Source: Malacoraja senta (Eukaryota). Taken from it: a stretch of 64,000 nucleotides of DNA. The notes below the pieces were generated by a model. It worked only from the letters and a program-made list of their open reading frames with translations, did not search any database and had not been told where the DNA came from. Shown in pieces: positions 60,816-64,000 of the stretch. Both the position numbers and the translations under genes were made by a program. Positions within the stretch are counted from its first letter, which is position 1; each line of letters begins with the position of its first letter. The stretch is from assembly GCA_038087875.1 (NCBI GenBank), contig CM075989.1, positions 16,990,001 through 17,054,000 on the forward strand. The letters are read 5' to 3'.

Positions 60816-62410
60816 TATCAACTCCTATAAGCCCAACTGTCCAGACTAAACAAATTTGGAGAATGTCCTGACCAAGAGCGTGGTGAAGTTGTGGAGTTTT
60901 CTACCATGGAGGCACTGGAGGACAAGTTGTTAAATGTATTCAAGAAAAAGGTAACTCCGTTTTTTTTTAAAGCTGTGGGGATCAAATGTTGTGGGAAAAG
61001 GTCATAACCAGGTACGTACATTAGTATAAAAGAGTAGCTGATGTCAGCTGAAGGGGCTGCTTTTGTGCTCCATCCCACTATGATTATTTAAGAATCTGAC
61101 TCACTCTCTGCAAATGAAGCACACTTGCTTTCTCACTTTTTCCACTTCTTTTGAAGAGTTTTTGACTGTAACATGGACTCTGATTCTCTCTCCGTGGAGA
61201 CAGAAGGAACTGCAGGTGTTGGAATTTTGAGCAGAACGCAAAGTGCTGGAAGAACTCAACAGGTCAGGTAACATCTGTGGAGAGAATGGACAGACGATGT
61301 TTCAGGTCGAGACCCTTCTTCAGATGAAGTCTGTCCATTTCCTCCACAGGTGTTGCCTGTCCCCCCTGAGTTCCTCCACAACTTTGTGTTTTGTCAATTC
61401 ACAGATGCTGCCTGACTTGCTGGGTATTTATAGCATTTTCTGATTATATTTCTCTGTGGTCTTTGATCTGATTCTGAAACCTAATTGGTGCAAATTTGGA
61501 CTGAAGATAGACAAAATGCTGGAGTAACTCATCGGGTCAAGCAGCATCCCTGGAGAAAAGAAGTAGGTGATGTTTCGTGTCACCTACTTGATTTCTCCAG
61601 AGATGCCTCCTAACCCGCTGAGTTACTCCAACCTTTTGTGTCAATCTTCGGTATAAACCGGCATCTGGAGTTCCTTCCAACACACAAATGTGAACTAAGG
61701 TGAACTAACACCGTCCCAATTTTACTGCAAAAGGTTTAACCACGAGCTTTAGCTGTCAACTCTCTTAAACATAAAAACTATTTGTAGTGATAGTATCAGC
61801 TGGTAAATTAATCCCAAACCTAAAATATATTCCTCTCGTGATGCTGTCACTGACCTTTCTGTGATTTTCTGACGTCCCAGTGCTGTGTGAAGGGTCACCT
61901 GCTCAGGCGATTGTACGGGCTTCCCAGAATTGTTCCTGGGCGCCCATCCAAAAGGGGGAAGGTTTGGAGATCTCTCGCTCCCCTCAACCAGACAGGGAAA
62001 TTCTGACCTCTTGTACCGCACACCCCCCCCCCCCCCCCACCCATTCTGCAACACTCCCAGCAGTGGCCACGGAGATAGGCTGCACTTCCCACTCCCGGTT
62101 GGGTGGGGCTGGTGGGGTAGCAGGACCCTGGGGTACATTTGCAACCTCTGACTATCAGACTGCCTCAGGCAGAGGCTCCACGGCTTCCTCGGCACCAGGC
62201 ACTGCCGGCCCACCAAGGGAAGGAATGAGAAATGGCCATTTTCCTACTTTGGGCAGTGTGGACCACGTCTGTCCTGCCACAGTGCTTAATCCACTGCTAG
62301 TGGGGTTATTCCACGAGTCTGGGCTGCATGTACTCACCAGCAGAACTGTGATTCCCATCTACCCAGGGCTCCCAGTTGCTCATTTGCTCCACACATTACG
62401 AGGTGCTACA

Positions 62411-62735
62411 GGGCGGCACAGTGGCGCAGCTGGTAGAGCTGCTGCCTCACATTGGCAGAGAACCAGGTTCGATCCTGACCTCAGGTGCTGTCAGTGTGGA
62501 GTTTGCTCGTTCTCCCTGTGACTGCGTGGGTTTCCTCTGGGTGCACTGCTTTCCTCCCACATCCCCAAAATGTGCATGTTTGTAGGTTAATTGCTCTCTG
62601 CAAGTAACAAAATTGGTCCGTAGTGTCTAAGGAGTGGATGAGAAATTGGGATAATATAGAACTAATGTGATCGATGGTTGGCATGGATTTAATGGGCTGA
62701 AGGACCTGTTTCCATGCTATATCTCGAAAACTAAA
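62411..62735 (+). mobile_element. Full-length HE1/V-SINE-type SINE
   Basis: gggcggcacagtggcgcagctggtagagc...ggttcgatcc head, V-domain, CR1-like tail. Confidence 0.88.
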
Positions 62736-63029
62736 AAATAAATTAGTCTGAATCCTCAAGGCTGATTATTGTTCCTGAGTGTCTACATTTCAGTGAGAGC
62801 AGGGTGTACATTCAGTCTGACAGGCAGTGGGACTATATTGATCTCAGCTGATAGTTGACTGTGCTTTGTGGAGCTGCACCTGGATCCCACGGAAAGATCC
62901 TCCCTTTGCACCCAGGCATTCCGATGCAAACCATTCCTGGCCATGCTTAATTCTGGCAAAATGCTGCTCATCTCTCCAGCAAACAGTTGATTTCAGACTT
63001 TCTCTTCATTTACTTGCTTTTATCTCACG

Positions 63030-63210
63030 TAGAAACATAGAAACATGGAAAATATGTGCAGGAGTATGCCATTCGGCCCTTCGAGCTAGCACCGCCATTC
63101 AATATGATCATGGCTGATCATCCAAAATCAGTACCCCGTTCTTGCTTTCTCCCCATATCCCCTGATTCCATTAGCCCTAAGCGCAATATCTAACTCTGTC
63201 TTGAAAACGT
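63030..63210 (-). mobile_element. CR1 3' tail
   Basis: (agaaacat)n + ggccattcggcccttcgagc...caatatgatcatggctgatcat, as at 22021-22200. Confidence 0.85.
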
Positions 63211-64000
63211 GATTCTAATTCATTGGTTTTCATTCTCGGCTATATTCACTTCATCTTCTCTTAAGTTTAATTGGTAACTGGACAGAAGCTTAGACCCACC
63301 AGTCTCCAGTTTGTATCTAAGCCACCCAGTTACCAGCCTGCACTCCTGGTTATCTCTGGTGTACCTGATCTGAAAGAGTGTACAGTTTTAATTGGAATAT
63401 AACTTTAATATTGCAGCCTACCTTCAATTTAGTCTTCCTGTGGGAGATGGAGCAATCTGCCAAAGTGAAACAATTTCCTTCAAGTTTGCCTGACAGACTA
63501 ATTTGCTCCTATTACAAGCCCGTCACCCATTGCTCTGATGTGTTACACAGATAACATACAATTTCAGAGAAGCAGTTGGCATAATGTTGAATAATTTTAT
63601 ACACTCCATTGCTCCGTGGTATTACATTCAGCTCTGTTTATTTTATGATTATATACAAAATTATTCAGTTCAATTGTTATAGATCACAGTTTTCACAGGT
63701 GGGATCGCAGGACTGAACACATGTTATAATTCACAGCTAATGATCAACAATTATGATGTATGCGTTTATTCAGTGTTTGCAGATATTAAAGAGGCAATTT
63801 CACAACCCCCCTTCCACCCCCAGAGATGATATGAAGTTTCCTCTCTCCAGTTCATGTTGATCCAGCCACAAAGGAGGCAGGATTCAGAGATGACCGTGTT
63901 TTAGGGGGATATCCAGGGAATAAAGGATGACTTTGATCCTTGGGTCTTAGGGGGGGAGGGGGGTTACCAAAGTTTCCCTCCTATCACTGTCTCCCTCCCC

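Noticed and set aside
62411..62485. tRNA genes at SINE heads and tRNA-Leu matches in the LTR array
   Set aside because: Heads continue into SINE bodies; the tRNA-Leu matches are 20-nt primer-binding sites
61749..62521. 155-213 aa ORFs in a GC-rich stretch
   Set aside because: No recognisable domain; the longest runs into a SINE; probably a decayed repeat

Overview
Repeat-rich vertebrate genomic DNA, most likely from a cartilaginous fish. This is inferred from HE1/V-SINE-type tRNA SINEs sharing 3' tails with CR1/HER1-type LINEs. No host gene could be confidently recognised. Main contents: (1) a full-length Tx1-clade non-LTR retrotransposon (about 50143-56707) with two long ORFs and poly(A), sitting in a (GA)n tract, whose ORF2 has no AUG at the ORF1 junction (TAATA); (2) a Gypsy-type pol-less LTR element expanded into an LTR-(gag-LTR)x4 array (26651-31569) with a 5-bp TSD and tRNA-Leu PBS; (3) a ~130-bp SINE-like retroposon whose 5' end is a minimal HDV/CPEB3-like ribozyme and whose tail is (GAA)n, in 3 copies; (4) many Penelope-derived, often palindromic units carrying a hammerhead-ribozyme core, including ~100-bp units with 14-bp TSDs; (5) fragments of CR1, L1, Rex1/Babar, RTE, Hero and Penelope elements, an hAT MITE, microsatellites and minisatellites. 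Ribozyme calls come from manual base-pairing only. Boundaries of degraded repeats are approximate.
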